The notes beneath the pieces are model-generated. The model had not been told where the DNA came from, searched no databases, and was given only the letters and a program-made list of their open reading frames with translations. DNA of 64,000 bases from Dehalococcoidia bacterium (GTDB taxonomy: Bacteria > Chloroflexota > Dehalococcoidia > GIF9 > UBA5629). The stretch covers positions 27,848-91,847 of the forward strand of contig JBEKIW010000006.1 of the NCBI GenBank assembly GCA_050011565.1, in the 5' to 3' direction. Shown here in pieces: positions 30,376 through 40,360 of this stretch. The position numbers and the translations under genes are program-made. The first letter of the stretch is position 1; every line of letters starts with the position of its first letter.

Positions 30376-33300
30376 ATGAAACCACTTGCATCTGTAAAAG
30401 AACTGACACAGCTTAGAGGTAAAATACAAGAGAGGCTAGCCAAACAAGAGAAGAAGATCCAAGTTAAGGTTCATCTTGGCACGTGCGGTATATCCTCAGG
30501 AGCAAACAAGGTCCTTCAAGCTTTTCAACAGGGAGTGAAAAGCAACAAATTATCGGATGTCTCCGTGCTTAAGGCAGCATGCATCGGTTTGTGCGACCGA
30601 GAGCCGGTAGTTACCGTCGTGCATCCCGCAACCGGAAAAACTATTTATTACGACGTCACCGAGGACAAAGTCTCCAAAATTATCGAGAAACATCTTATTC
30701 GCAATAAGGTGGTCGATGAATGGAAGCTGGACACTACTGACCCGCTGCTCAAGCTACAGGAGATACGGGTAATGCATAACCAGGACCTCGACCCGATGAA
30801 TATAGATGAGTACATTGCCCGGGACGGCTACCAGGGGTTAGCTAAGGCTCTTGCCCAAATGAAGCCGGATGAAGTCATCTCAGAAATCGGGAAGGCTGGC
30901 CTGAGAGGCCGTGGAGGAGCAGGCTTCCCCACAGGCACGAAATGGACATTCGTTCGCAGCGCGGCTGGTGATGAAAAATACGTTGTCTGCAATGGCGACG
31001 AGGGTGACCCGGGTGCTTATATGAACCGAGCCGTCCTTGAAGGAAATCCGCACTCAATAATCGAAGGAATGGCAATAGGAGCTTATGCCATAGGCAACGT
31101 ACTCCAGGGCTACGCGTATGTCCGTGCCGAATACCCCCTGGCCATCGAGACATTAAATCATGCCATAACCAAGGCTCGAGAATACGGCCTGCTGGGGAAG
31201 AACATACTCGGTACCGGCTTTGAATTCGACCTGGATATATTCCCCGGCGCCGGCGCTTTCGTCTGCGGCGAGGAGACTGCCCTTTTAACCTCAATCGAAG
31301 GCAAACGAGGTAATCCACGCCAGCGACCGCCGTTCCCGGCTAACAAAGGACTTTTTGATAAACCGACTACGTTAAATAATGTGGAAACCTGGTCAAACGT
31401 TCCACAGATAATCTGGAAAGGGGCCGATTGGTTTGGAAGTGTCGGCACTGCAAGCAGCAAAGGTACAAAGACACTGTGTCTGGTTGGAAAGGTCAATAAC
31501 ACCGGGCTGGTTGAGGTTCCGTTGGGCACCAGCCTGGGTAAAATTGTATTTGACATAGGCGGTGGCATACCGAAAGGAAAGCAGTTCAAGGCAGTGCAGA
31601 TAGGTGGGCCTTCGGGTGGAGTTATTCCCATCGAACATCTGAACACCCCCGTCGACTATGAAGCTGTAACCGCCCTGGGTGCAATTATGGGTTCAGGTGG
31701 GCTTGTAGTCATGGATGAGGATAGTTGCATGGTCGATGTGGCTAAATTCTTCCTGCAGTTCACCAGGGACGAGTCATGTGGTAAATGCACTCCATGCCGG
31801 GCAGGAATACCAAAGATGCTTGCTTTCCTGACCAAGATAACCGAAGGTAAAGGAACAATGGAAGACCTGAATATACTTTCGGAGCTGGCTGACATGGTGT
31901 GCTCCGCATCCATCTGCGGCCTGGGACAAACAGCTCCCAATCCAGTTCTGACCACACTGCGCCATTTCAGAGATGAATATGAAGCCCACATAATAGACAA
32001 GAAGTGCCCGGCTGTAGTCTGCCAGGCCCTGTTCAGGGCTCCATGTCAGGGAACATGCCCTGTAGGGCTCGATGCACCGGGTTATATCGCTTTCATTAAG
32101 GAGAATAATTTCGAACAGGCTTGCCGAGTTATTATGCAGCGGCTGCCATTACCCTTAAGCGTAGGGCGGGTATGCCCTCACCCGTGCGAAAGTAAGTGTC
32201 GTCGAGGCCAAGTAGAAGAGCCGATAGCCATCAGACAACTACACAGGTTCGCTACCGATTACGCTTTTGAGCATGGATTCGAATATAAACCGGATATTAA
32301 AGAGCGGAAGAAAGAAAAGATAGCTATCATCGGCGCGGGGCCGGCAGGATTATCCGCAGCCTGGGACCTCGCCCACGAAGGATACCAGGTTGCCATATTT
32401 GAAGCATTGCCTGTAGCCGGCGGCATGTTGGCCGTCGGTATCCCTGAGTACCGGCTGCCGAAGGACCTGCTTAAAAAAGAGATTGATATCATCCAGAAAC
32501 TCGGCGTAGAAATAAAATTGAATACGCGGGTAGAAGATATAGAAGCCCTGTTAAAAGAGAATAAATATCAAGCCGTATTCATTGCTACGGGTGCCCACAA
32601 GGGAGATAAGATGAAGATTCCGGGCGAAGACCTGGCTGGAGTCTTCGACGCTATCAACTTTCTGAGAGAGCTGAATCTGGGAAAGAAAATAAAGGTGGGG
32701 CAGAAAGTAGCTGTCATTGGTGGCGGCAACTCTGCCATCGATGCAGCTCGAGTAGCTTTGAGAGAAGGTGCCAAAGAGGTACACATTCTCTACCGGCGGG
32801 AGAGGAAAGATATGCCGGCACTGACGGATGAGGTAGTAGCGGCTGACGAGGAAGGCGTTCAAATCCACTGTTTGACAGCCCCTACCAAGATTCTGGGTAA
32901 TAACGGCGTAGTCACCGGACTCGAATGCATCCGCATGGAACTTAAAGAGTTCGATACCAGCGGAAGAAGGACTCCCAACCCCATTAATGGGTCTGAGTAT
33001 ACAATGAATTTCGACACGGTTATTGAAGCCACGGGACAAAGACCGGATACTTCATTTTTGGGTGGGGACGGTATTGGCACGGCCAAGGGCGGAACAATAG
33101 CAGCCGACCCGAGAACCCTCGCCACCAATCGCGAAGGCGTTTTCGCCGGAGGAGACGCAGTTACCGGCGCAGCAACAGTAATCGAAGCTATTGCCGCCGG
33201 ACAGAGGGCAGCCTCATCCATAAAAAGATATCTCCGCGGCGAGAAACTCTCGCCGTTGGTAGAACGCAACGGCTATCAGCCAATTGCCATCCCTCCCATA

Positions 33301-33468
33301 CCTCCTACTGAGGAGGAACTGAAAGAAAGGCCGAGGGTAGCAATGACAGAGGTAGGCAGCTCACAAAGAAAAGGCTCTTTTAAAGAGGTAGTCTTGCCCT
33401 ACAGTCCGAAGGAAGCGAAAAGCGAAGGTAGCCGCTGTCTTAGATGTGATCTTGAGGTAGGAGAATAA
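30376..33468 (+). CDS. NuoF/HydB-like FMN/NADH subunit fused to a GltD/NfnB-like FAD/NAD(P)H module
   Basis: N-terminal thioredoxin-like FeS domain, GLRGRGGAGFPTG, CNGDEGDPGA, GAGAFVCGEETAL, ESCGKCTPCR, CGLG; then APCQGTCP, GRVCPHPCESKC, GAGPAG, GIPEYRLP, GGGNSAID, YRR, RCLRCD. Confidence 0.9.
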   Translation: MKPLASVKELTQLRGKIQERLAKQEKKIQVKVHLGTCGISSGANKVLQAFQQGVKSNKLSDVSVLKAACIGLCDREPVVTVVHPATGKTIYYDVTEDKVSKIIEKHLIRNKVVDEWKLDTTDPLLKLQEIRVMHNQDLDPMNIDEYIARDGYQGLAKALAQMKPDEVISEIGKAGLRGRGGAGFPTGTKWTFVRSAAGDEKYVVCNGDEGDPGAYMNRAVLEGNPHSIIEGMAIGAYAIGNVLQGYAYVRAEYPLAIETLNHAITKAREYGLLGKNILGTGFEFDLDIFPGAGAFVCGEETALLTSIEGKRGNPRQRPPFPANKGLFDKPTTLNNVETWSNVPQIIWKGADWFGSVGTASSKGTKTLCLVGKVNNTGLVEVPLGTSLGKIVFDIGGGIPKGKQFKAVQIGGPSGGVIPIEHLNTPVDYEAVTALGAIMGSGGLVVMDEDSCMVDVAKFFLQFTRDESCGKCTPCRAGIPKMLAFLTKITEGKGTMEDLNILSELADMVCSASICGLGQTAPNPVLTTLRHFRDEYEAHIIDKKCPAVVCQALFRAPCQGTCPVGLDAPGYIAFIKENNFEQACRVIMQRLPLPLSVGRVCPHPCESKCRRGQVEEPIAIRQLHRFATDYAFEHGFEYKPDIKERKKEKIAIIGAGPAGLSAAWDLAHEGYQVAIFEALPVAGGMLAVGIPEYRLPKDLLKKEIDIIQKLGVEIKLNTRVEDIEALLKENKYQAVFIATGAHKGDKMKIPGEDLAGVFDAINFLRELNLGKKIKVGQKVAVIGGGNSAIDAARVALREGAKEVHILYRRERKDMPALTDEVVAADEEGVQIHCLTAPTKILGNNGVVTGLECIRMELKEFDTSGRRTPNPINGSEYTMNFDTVIEATGQRPDTSFLGGDGIGTAKGGTIAADPRTLATNREGVFAGGDAVTGAATVIEAIAAGQRAASSIKRYLRGEKLSPLVERNGYQPIAIPPIPPTEEELKERPRVAMTEVGSSQRKGSFKEVVLPYSPKEAKSEGSRCLRCDLEVGE

Positions 33469-33470
33469 GC

Positions 33471-35459
33471 ATGAAAGAGATTACACTAACAATCGATGGT
33501 AAGCAGGTCAAGGGGAAAGAGGGCGATACTGTCCTCGAGGTCTGTCAGGCTAACAATATCGATGTGCCAACTCTCTGCCATTCAAAGGGACTGACGGACG
33601 TCGGCGCTTGCCGTATGTGCGTCGTCGATATAGAAAGAGAAAGACGACCTGTCCCGGCGTGTACCTACCCGGCACGAGAAGGTTTGGTAGTACAGACCCA
33701 AAATGAAAAACTGGAGAAATATCGCCGGCTGGTTCTAGAACTCATGTTCACCGAACGAAACCATCTCTGTGCCCAGTGCGTAGCCAGTGGCGACTGCGAA
33801 TTACAGCAACTAGGCTACCGGTATCAAATGGATAATACGCGATATCCCTATTCATGGCCTTCTCTGCCGGTTGATTCGCAGCACGAATACCTGGTCATCG
33901 ACCACAACCGGTGCATCCTCTGCGGCCGATGCATAAGAACGTGCGATCAAATTGTAGGTGTTCATACACTCGATTTCGGGTACCGCGGCTGGAAAGACGT
34001 AGTAGTAGCTGACCTTAATCAACCTCTGGGAAAGTCCACCTGTATTTCTTGCGGCGCTTGTTTTCAAGCTTGCCCAACAGGTGCCATCTTTTCCAAGAAG
34101 AGCGCCTACAAGGGCAAACGTCCGGATTCACAGGAGATAACCACTGTTTGCCCCATATGTGGTATCGGCTGTACGATTCAAGCGTTCGTCAAGAACAACA
34201 TGTTGATAAGGATAGACAGCCCCGACGCTTCCCAACACGATGGTCTACTCTGCTATATGGGGCGTTTTGGTCCCTTAAGTCAGAGTCAAGCCAGAGTAAA
34301 GACACCGATGATGCGAAATGCCCGCGGTAAGCTGGAGCCCTGCACATTGAATGAAGCTGTTGATATGGTATCTAAGAAGCTCAGCCAGCTTAAAGCGCAT
34401 AATGGGGGCGGCAGCATAGCCGGAGTGGCTTCAAGTCAGGCCAGTAGCCAGGCACTGAAAGCATTCAAGGAATTAATTACAGGAGCCCTGGGTAGTAAGT
34501 TTATGGATAGTCTCGACGGAGATGAGTATAGGGCCGTTATCAAAGGTATCGGCGCTTTCCAGGATAAGGCGGATTTAAGTACTGAAACGCCACTGGAAGA
34601 TATTTTTAATGCTGACTGTGTGCTCCTGGTCGGTGCCGACCCGTTCAAAAGCCATCCTGTAGCCGGGTCTTATATCGTTAGAGCGGTCAGACAGAACAAG
34701 GCAAAGCTCATCATTCTTGACCCAACACAAAATGTTTTACCGGATTATGCGGCGCTGTGGTTGAAGCCAAAGAAGGGTAAGGAAGCTCTGACTCTTAATA
34801 GTCTGGCTAAAGCTATAATAGACAATGGTTTGACTAAAAATTCCGCACAGGTAAAGAAAATTGCTGCTGCACTAAACAAAGTCAATATTAAGCAGGATGC
34901 TGTAGCCGCTGGAATTAATTATAAAAAGCTCATTGAGGCAGCTGAAACACTCGGCAAAGCCAAGAGCAGCGTCGTCGTCTACGGTGAAGGCATTCTAAAA
35001 CATCAAAATTCGGGGCTAATAACCGCCATATACAACCTGGCGGCTGTTTCCGGCGGACGGAACGGTGGCAAGCCGGGAATCATATCTCTAAAGTCCAAGG
35101 GAAATAGCCGGGGTGCCTGGGACATCGGTATAGCCAATAGTTCCGTTTCTGTTATAAATAACTTAGCTCAAAACGGTATAAAGGCATTATATCTGCTTTT
35201 AGCCGATGACCAGGTTGAGGCAAAAGAATTACCGGGACTGCTCAAAGGAGTGGATTTCCTGGTCGTTCAAGCCAGTTATCTATCGCCACCGGCCCAAAAA
35301 GCCAATGTAGTTTTGCCGTCACCAACCTGGACAGAAATAAGCGGAAATTACAGCACTCTGGATGGTTCGCCCATATCAGTATCGCGCTTAGTAAAGCCGC
35401 CAGAGGGGATAAGGGCAGATTGGGAAATCATCAACGAAATCGCCAAGCGCTTCAAGTAA
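33471..35459 (+). CDS. NuoG/HydA-like FeS subunit with a cofactor-less molybdopterin-oxidoreductase domain
   Basis: [2Fe-2S] (CH..GACRMC..C), HxCxxCxxxxxC, CILCGRC..C, CISCGAC..CP, CPICGIGC...LCYMGRF. The Fdh-like body has GSKFMDSLDG where formate dehydrogenases carry the Mo/W-ligating Cys/Sec. Confidence 0.85.
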   Translation: MKEITLTIDGKQVKGKEGDTVLEVCQANNIDVPTLCHSKGLTDVGACRMCVVDIERERRPVPACTYPAREGLVVQTQNEKLEKYRRLVLELMFTERNHLCAQCVASGDCELQQLGYRYQMDNTRYPYSWPSLPVDSQHEYLVIDHNRCILCGRCIRTCDQIVGVHTLDFGYRGWKDVVVADLNQPLGKSTCISCGACFQACPTGAIFSKKSAYKGKRPDSQEITTVCPICGIGCTIQAFVKNNMLIRIDSPDASQHDGLLCYMGRFGPLSQSQARVKTPMMRNARGKLEPCTLNEAVDMVSKKLSQLKAHNGGGSIAGVASSQASSQALKAFKELITGALGSKFMDSLDGDEYRAVIKGIGAFQDKADLSTETPLEDIFNADCVLLVGADPFKSHPVAGSYIVRAVRQNKAKLIILDPTQNVLPDYAALWLKPKKGKEALTLNSLAKAIIDNGLTKNSAQVKKIAAALNKVNIKQDAVAAGINYKKLIEAAETLGKAKSSVVVYGEGILKHQNSGLITAIYNLAAVSGGRNGGKPGIISLKSKGNSRGAWDIGIANSSVSVINNLAQNGIKALYLLLADDQVEAKELPGLLKGVDFLVVQASYLSPPAQKANVVLPSPTWTEISGNYSTLDGSPISVSRLVKPPEGIRADWEIINEIAKRFK

Positions 35460-35478
35460 TTGATAAGGAGTAAATAAT

Positions 35479-36015
35479 ATGGCAAAAGTGAAGGTAGCTT
35501 CGGTCTGGCTGGAAGGCTGTGCCGGATGTCATATGTCATTTTTAGACATCGATGCAGCCATAATTGATTTAGCCAACGTGGTTGAATTCACCAGGACTCC
35601 TATTACCGATATAAAGGAGTTCCCACAGGTAGACGTCGGCATCGTGGAAGGCTCTGTGGGTAATACCGAAGAGGAGGAAGTCCTCAAAGACCTCAGGGCT
35701 CATTGCAAAATTCTTATGGCCTGGGGCGACTGTGCCTGTTTTGGCGGCGTGTGTGCTATGCGCAGTACCCTTGACAAAGAAGATGTGCTAAGGCGCGCCT
35801 ATATCGAGTCTGAGAGCACTTTTGAGGGCAAAATACCGCGCCCGCCCGGTGTACCGGCACTTCTGGACCAGGTAAAACCGATAAATAATATCGTGAAAGT
35901 TGACTGTTACGTTCCCGGCTGCCCGCCGGAACCTAAAGCCATCTTGTATGGCTTAAATGAACTGCTGGCAGGTAGGATACCTGTTTTGCCCCCAGACATG
36001 ATGCGCTTTGATTAA
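35479..36015 (+). CDS. hoxY: [NiFe]-hydrogenase small subunit, HoxY type (single proximal cluster)
   Basis: [24 protein letters not shown]; 178 aa. Confidence 0.88.
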   Translation: MAKVKVASVWLEGCAGCHMSFLDIDAAIIDLANVVEFTRTPITDIKEFPQVDVGIVEGSVGNTEEEEVLKDLRAHCKILMAWGDCACFGGVCAMRSTLDKEDVLRRAYIESESTFEGKIPRPPGVPALLDQVKPINNIVKVDCYVPGCPPEPKAILYGLNELLAGRIPVLPPDMMRFD

Positions 36016-36032
36016 ATCTGAGAGGTGTTGCT

Positions 36033-37484
36033 ATGGTTTCTGAAGTTAAAAAGGCAAATGCCAAAAGAACAATTGAGATAAACCCGGTTAGCCGGATTGA
36101 AGGACACGGCAAGGTGACTATCCAATTGGATGAGGCGGGCAATGCCATTGATGCCAAGTTCAATGTAACGCAGTTTCGAGGCTTCGAGAAGTTCTGCGAG
36201 GGCAGGGTACTCTGGGAAATGCCCTCCATTACGCCCAGAATCTGCGGAATCTGCCCGGTAAGTCATCATCTGGCCGCAGCTAAAGCCTGCGATGCGATAT
36301 TAGGCGTGGAACTAACTCGTCCGGCTAAATTACTTCGTGAGCTGATGCACATGGGACAATATATCCAGTCCCATGCTCTTCACTTCTTCCATTTAGCCAG
36401 CCCTGATTTGCTATTGGGTCTGGATGCCGACCCGGCAATAAGAAACGTAATCGGGTTAATTGGTGTGAACCCGGAGCTGGCAACTAAAGGTGTATTGCTT
36501 CGCAGCTTCGGGCAAACAATCATCCAGAGTCTCGGCGGTAAAAAGGTCCACCCCAACGGCGCTGTACCCGGCGGTATGAACACACCGCTGTCAACGGCCG
36601 ACCGTGACCATTTTCTCAAGCAAATAGATTGGGCGATTGCCGATGCCGAAACCGCAATCAACATACTTAAACAGTACTACGACCAACACAACGAATTCGT
36701 TTGTAGCTGTGCCAGCTTCCCAACAGGTTATCTTGGATTGGTCGACAAAAACAACAATCTAGAGTTGTACGATGGTAAATTAAGGCTGATCGATTCCAAG
36801 GGCAAAGTACTTGAAGACCAGTTCAACCCTTCCAACTATCTCGATATCATCAATGAGCATGTGGAGGACTGGTCTTACCTTAAGTTCCCGTTTTACAAGA
36901 AGCTCGGCTATCCAGCCGGTACATACCGCACTGGCCCGCTCGGCCGACTAAACGTTTGCCAGGGAATATCAACGCCTCGAGCCAATGCCGAACTTAAGAA
37001 TTTCAAGAAAATTGGCAATGGTGGCCCTGTAGAAGGCTCGCTATATTACCACTATGCCCGACTGATAGAATTACTTTATTCGCTGGAGAGGGCCCAACAG
37101 CTCTTAGAGGACCGGGATATTTGTTCCACCGACCTGATAGTGACATCGAACAAATTTAATGAACAAGGCGTCGGTGTCTTAGAAGCTCCGCGTGGAACTT
37201 TATTCCACCATTACTGGGTAGATGACAGCGGTAAAATAACCAAGGTAAATCTCATAGTAGCTACCGGGAATAATAATGCAGCCATGAACAAGGCTGTGTA
37301 TACAGTGGCTAAAGAATTCATAAAGAATAATAAAATCACCGAAGGAATTCTTAATCGAGTCGAGGTTGCTATCCGTTGCTATGACCCCTGTCTTTCCTGC
37401 TCGACCCATGCTTTGGGTCAAATGCCGTTCCGAATCGAAGTCATCTCGGCTGACGGTAAGGTAGTTCAAGAAATAACCAGATAG
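36033..37484 (+). CDS. hoxH: [NiFe]-hydrogenase large subunit, HoxH type (group 3d-like)
   Basis: [49 protein letters not shown] plus C-terminal extension. Confidence 0.9.
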   Translation: MVSEVKKANAKRTIEINPVSRIEGHGKVTIQLDEAGNAIDAKFNVTQFRGFEKFCEGRVLWEMPSITPRICGICPVSHHLAAAKACDAILGVELTRPAKLLRELMHMGQYIQSHALHFFHLASPDLLLGLDADPAIRNVIGLIGVNPELATKGVLLRSFGQTIIQSLGGKKVHPNGAVPGGMNTPLSTADRDHFLKQIDWAIADAETAINILKQYYDQHNEFVCSCASFPTGYLGLVDKNNNLELYDGKLRLIDSKGKVLEDQFNPSNYLDIINEHVEDWSYLKFPFYKKLGYPAGTYRTGPLGRLNVCQGISTPRANAELKNFKKIGNGGPVEGSLYYHYARLIELLYSLERAQQLLEDRDICSTDLIVTSNKFNEQGVGVLEAPRGTLFHHYWVDDSGKITKVNLIVATGNNNAAMNKAVYTVAKEFIKNNKITEGILNRVEVAIRCYDPCLSCSTHALGQMPFRIEVISADGKVVQEITR

Positions 37485-37525
37485 ATTATCCTGTATTCGA
37501 CACGTAATTCGTCAGTAGCAAACCT

Positions 37526-37564
37526 TAGTAGGGGCCACCAACAAAGGGAGCCCCTACTATTTTT
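37526..37564 (+). terminator. hairpin plus T-tract after hoxH (GTAG-REP-like palindrome)
   Basis: TAGTAGGGGC-14 nt-GCCCCTACTA perfect 10-bp stem followed by TTTTT. Confidence 0.65.
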
Positions 37565-37675
37565 ATACAATCCAGTTGAAAATCCCCAGCCTTTGAATCT
37601 AACGGCTAAAATTAGTAAACTTAGTAATCCACTAAGGCCAGGGGAAATGAAATATACACGCAAGGAGCTAAATTC

Positions 37676-38689
37676 ATGATAACCGAGCAGCAAGTAAATA
37701 AAAGCATGGAAGAAGTCCTGGTTCCCGGTGTTATGCGCAGCTTGGTGAAATTAAACTTAGTCCGGCAAATCGCAGTCACTGACCAGAAAGTTGACATCAC
37801 CCTCGCCTCTGCCGCCCTGGACTCAAGCGCAGAAGACTGGCTGAAATCCAAAGTCAGTGATACCGTCGGGCAATTGGCCGGTGTCAGTCAGACAAATGTA
37901 AACTTCGTTCCGACTGCACCGAAAGAAGTTAACGACGTTGGAAACGTGGTCGCTGTCATGAGCGGCAAAGGTGGTGTCGGCAAATCACTGGTGGCAGCCC
38001 TGCTCAGTATGGCGCTCGCCCGCCAGGGAAAAGAGGTCGGCATACTCGATGCTGACATCACAGGCCCCAGTATACCCAAGATATTCGGCCTGAGCGGAAC
38101 TCGACCACGCAGCAGTGAGTCCGGCATTTTACCGGTATTGTCAAAATTAGGCATCAGTGTTATGTCCATCAATCTGCTGCTGGAACATGAGGATGATGCT
38201 GTCATCTGGCGCGGACCTATTATCAGCAGAGTCATTCAACAATTCTGGGAAGATGTGCTCTGGGGTAAGCTCGATTATCTCATAGTCGACCTGCCGCCGG
38301 GCACTGCCGATGCTCCTTTAACAGTATTACAAACCATTCCAACGTCTGGCATCGTCATCGTATTCAGCCCTCAGGAACTGGCAGTCATGGTGGTAAAGAA
38401 GGCAGTCAGAATGGCACAACAGATGAAAATCCCTATATTGGGAGTGGTGGAAAATATGAGCTACTTTACCCCACCCGGGAGCAAAAAGAAGCTGGAACTA
38501 TTTGGCAAGAGCCGGAGCCAGGAAATGTCGGAGGCAGCAGGAGCGCCTCTCTTAGCCCAGATACCCATTGACCCCGAGCTGGCTAAGCTTTGCGACGAGG
38601 GCAAAATCGAGCGGTACAGCTCGGAAATATTTGACAGCCTCAGCCGGAACTTTATTCAAGCGCTGCCAATAAAGGCAAAACAAACATAG
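37676..38689 (+). CDS. Mrp/ApbC/NBP35-family ATPase with N-terminal DUF59-like domain
   Basis: SGKGGVGKS, DADITGPS, VIWRGP, DLPPGTAD, GVVENMS. Confidence 0.9.
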   Translation: MITEQQVNKSMEEVLVPGVMRSLVKLNLVRQIAVTDQKVDITLASAALDSSAEDWLKSKVSDTVGQLAGVSQTNVNFVPTAPKEVNDVGNVVAVMSGKGGVGKSLVAALLSMALARQGKEVGILDADITGPSIPKIFGLSGTRPRSSESGILPVLSKLGISVMSINLLLEHEDDAVIWRGPIISRVIQQFWEDVLWGKLDYLIVDLPPGTADAPLTVLQTIPTSGIVIVFSPQELAVMVVKKAVRMAQQMKIPILGVVENMSYFTPPGSKKKLELFGKSRSQEMSEAAGAPLLAQIPIDPELAKLCDEGKIERYSSEIFDSLSRNFIQALPIKAKQT

Positions 38690-38701
38690 CGGGGACACGA
38701 T

Positions 38702-39151
38702 ATGACCGACGAATTCGACGAACTTGAAAAAGAAATACTAGAAACAATGAGGAAAATATATTCCGAAACGGTAATCGACCATGCCATGAATCCCCGAAAT
38801 GCGGGCAAAATCCCGAATCCCGATGGCTTCGGTTCCACTGCCAGCGCTTGCGGTGAAACCATGGAGATGAGGCTCAAGGCAAAGGACGGCAAAATAACGG
38901 ACGCCGCTTTCTGGACAAATGGCTGCAGCACCACAGTTGCCTGTGGCAGCATGGCATCGGAGTTAATAAAAGGTGAAGACGTGTCACAGGCGTTGGCTAT
39001 CAGCCAAAATGACATACTGGAAGCCCTGGGTGGCTTACCTGAGGGCAATCATCACTGTGCCCTTTTAGCCGCCAACGCGGTCAAAGCCGCCGTACTCGAC
39101 TACATAGCCATAAGAAAGGAGCCGTGGAAAAAGGCCTATAGAAAATGCTAA
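38702..39151 (+). CDS. NifU/IscU-like FeS scaffold
   Basis: YSETVIDHAMNPRNAG, ACGET, GCSTT, LGGLP...HCA. Confidence 0.9.
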   Translation: MTDEFDELEKEILETMRKIYSETVIDHAMNPRNAGKIPNPDGFGSTASACGETMEMRLKAKDGKITDAAFWTNGCSTTVACGSMASELIKGEDVSQALAISQNDILEALGGLPEGNHHCALLAANAVKAAVLDYIAIRKEPWKKAYRKC

Positions 39152-39678
39152 AGCCCAACCTTAGTTTAGGCTTCCACCGCTGTGAATTATGCCTCCCCAT
39201 ATCAATCGTTGGTGAATCCAAATCGGGGAAGACCACGCTCATTGAAAAGCTAATTTCGGAGCTGAAATCGAGGGGCTATCGCGTGGCTACAATCAAACAC
39301 TCCATACACAGTCTAAGTTTTGATAAACCAGGCAAAGATAGCTGGCGTCACATTCAAGCCGGCAGCGCCGCCACAGCCATCGTTTCCCCCGACCAGGTTG
39401 TGCTAATCAAACCCCTTACTGGAGAGCCCGACCTGAACGAGATAGCTCGTCTCCTCGGTGAGGACTACGATATTATCCTCGCTGAAGGCTTCAAGCAGAG
39501 CCAGGCGCCTAAGGTGGAGGTTCACCGTAAGGCAGCCGGCCCGCCCCTTAGCCGAATAAGTAACCTCATTGCTATAGCCACTGACGAGCCTCTGGAGGCC
39601 AGTACCAGACAGTTTCCACTGAATGACATCAAAGCATTAGCCGATTTTTTGGAGAGCGGTTTTATAAAGTCCAAATAA
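39145..39678 (+). CDS. mobB: molybdopterin-guanine dinucleotide biosynthesis protein B
   Basis: SIVGESKSGKTTLIE, VATIKH, DKPGKDSWRH..AG, LAEGFK. Confidence 0.9.
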   Translation: MLKPNLSLGFHRCELCLPISIVGESKSGKTTLIEKLISELKSRGYRVATIKHSIHSLSFDKPGKDSWRHIQAGSAATAIVSPDQVVLIKPLTGEPDLNEIARLLGEDYDIILAEGFKQSQAPKVEVHRKAAGPPLSRISNLIAIATDEPLEASTRQFPLNDIKALADFLESGFIKSK

Positions 39679-39691
39679 GAGGAGCAACAAC

Positions 39692-40360
39692 CTGTTAACG
39701 TTAACCATTGATGGCATCGAGGTCAAGGCCAGGGCAGGAACCAGCATACTCTGGGTAGCCCTAGATAATGGACTTTACATTCCTAATTTGTGCGCTATCA
39801 GAGAAGCCGGCACGCCCTTCGCTTCCTGCCGCCTCTGCTTTGTGGAAATAGAAGGCAGAAGTGCCCCCATTACCGCTTGCACTGAGCCGGTCAGCGATGG
39901 CATGGTAGTACACCTGAATACGCCAAAAGTTAAGAGACTTAGAAATACCGCCTTTGAGCTTCTGCTCAGCCACCATAATCTAGACTGCGTCCATTGTGCC
40001 AAAAATAAAAACTGCGGACTGCAGAAAACCGCCGCTAACCTCAAGTTAAAGCTGAAGCCTAAGAGGTTTAGACGCATACCACGAAATTTACCGATAGATT
40101 CCAGCCATACCCTGTTTACCTACGACCCAAACAAATGCATTGTATGTGGCAAATGCATTTGGGTGTGTCAACAGCAAGGTTCAGGCATACTCGATTTCGC
40201 TTACAGAGGCATTGACACAGTGGTCAGCACTTTCTCGGGTATGCCGCTGGCTGAGGCGGGCTGTACCTCCTGCTTGGCCTGCGTCACCGTCTGTCCGGTA
40301 GGCTCACTGACGGTTAAGTCCGGTGTGGGCACTATCTTTATTCCCAGGGCAGGTATTTGA
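39692..40360 (+). CDS. stand-alone NuoG/FdhA N-terminal-like FeS protein ([2Fe-2S], His-ligated and 2x[4Fe-4S] sites), probable CTG start
   Basis: Frame is open from 39668. Upstream of the track start it reads LTLTIDGIEVKARAGTSILWVALDNGLYIPNLC. Also SCRLC, HNLDCVHC, CIVCGKC, CTSCLACVTVCP. GAGGAG SD 7 nt before CTG at 39692. Confidence 0.8.
   Translation: MLTLTIDGIEVKARAGTSILWVALDNGLYIPNLCAIREAGTPFASCRLCFVEIEGRSAPITACTEPVSDGMVVHLNTPKVKRLRNTAFELLLSHHNLDCVHCAKNKNCGLQKTAANLKLKLKPKRFRRIPRNLPIDSSHTLFTYDPNKCIVCGKCIWVCQQQGSGILDFAYRGIDTVVSTFSGMPLAEAGCTSCLACVTVCPVGSLTVKSGVGTIFIPRAGI

Noticed and set aside
29854-35459. Respiratory complex I nuoEFG or a formate dehydrogenase
   Set aside because: No membrane nuo genes, the cluster continues into NiFe subunits, and the Fdh-like domain lacks the Cys/Sec metal ligand.
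24660-37484. Selenocysteine recoding in hydrogenase, MvhD or flavoprotein genes
   Set aside because: All frames are continuous with Cys at the ligand positions; no in-frame TGA is needed.
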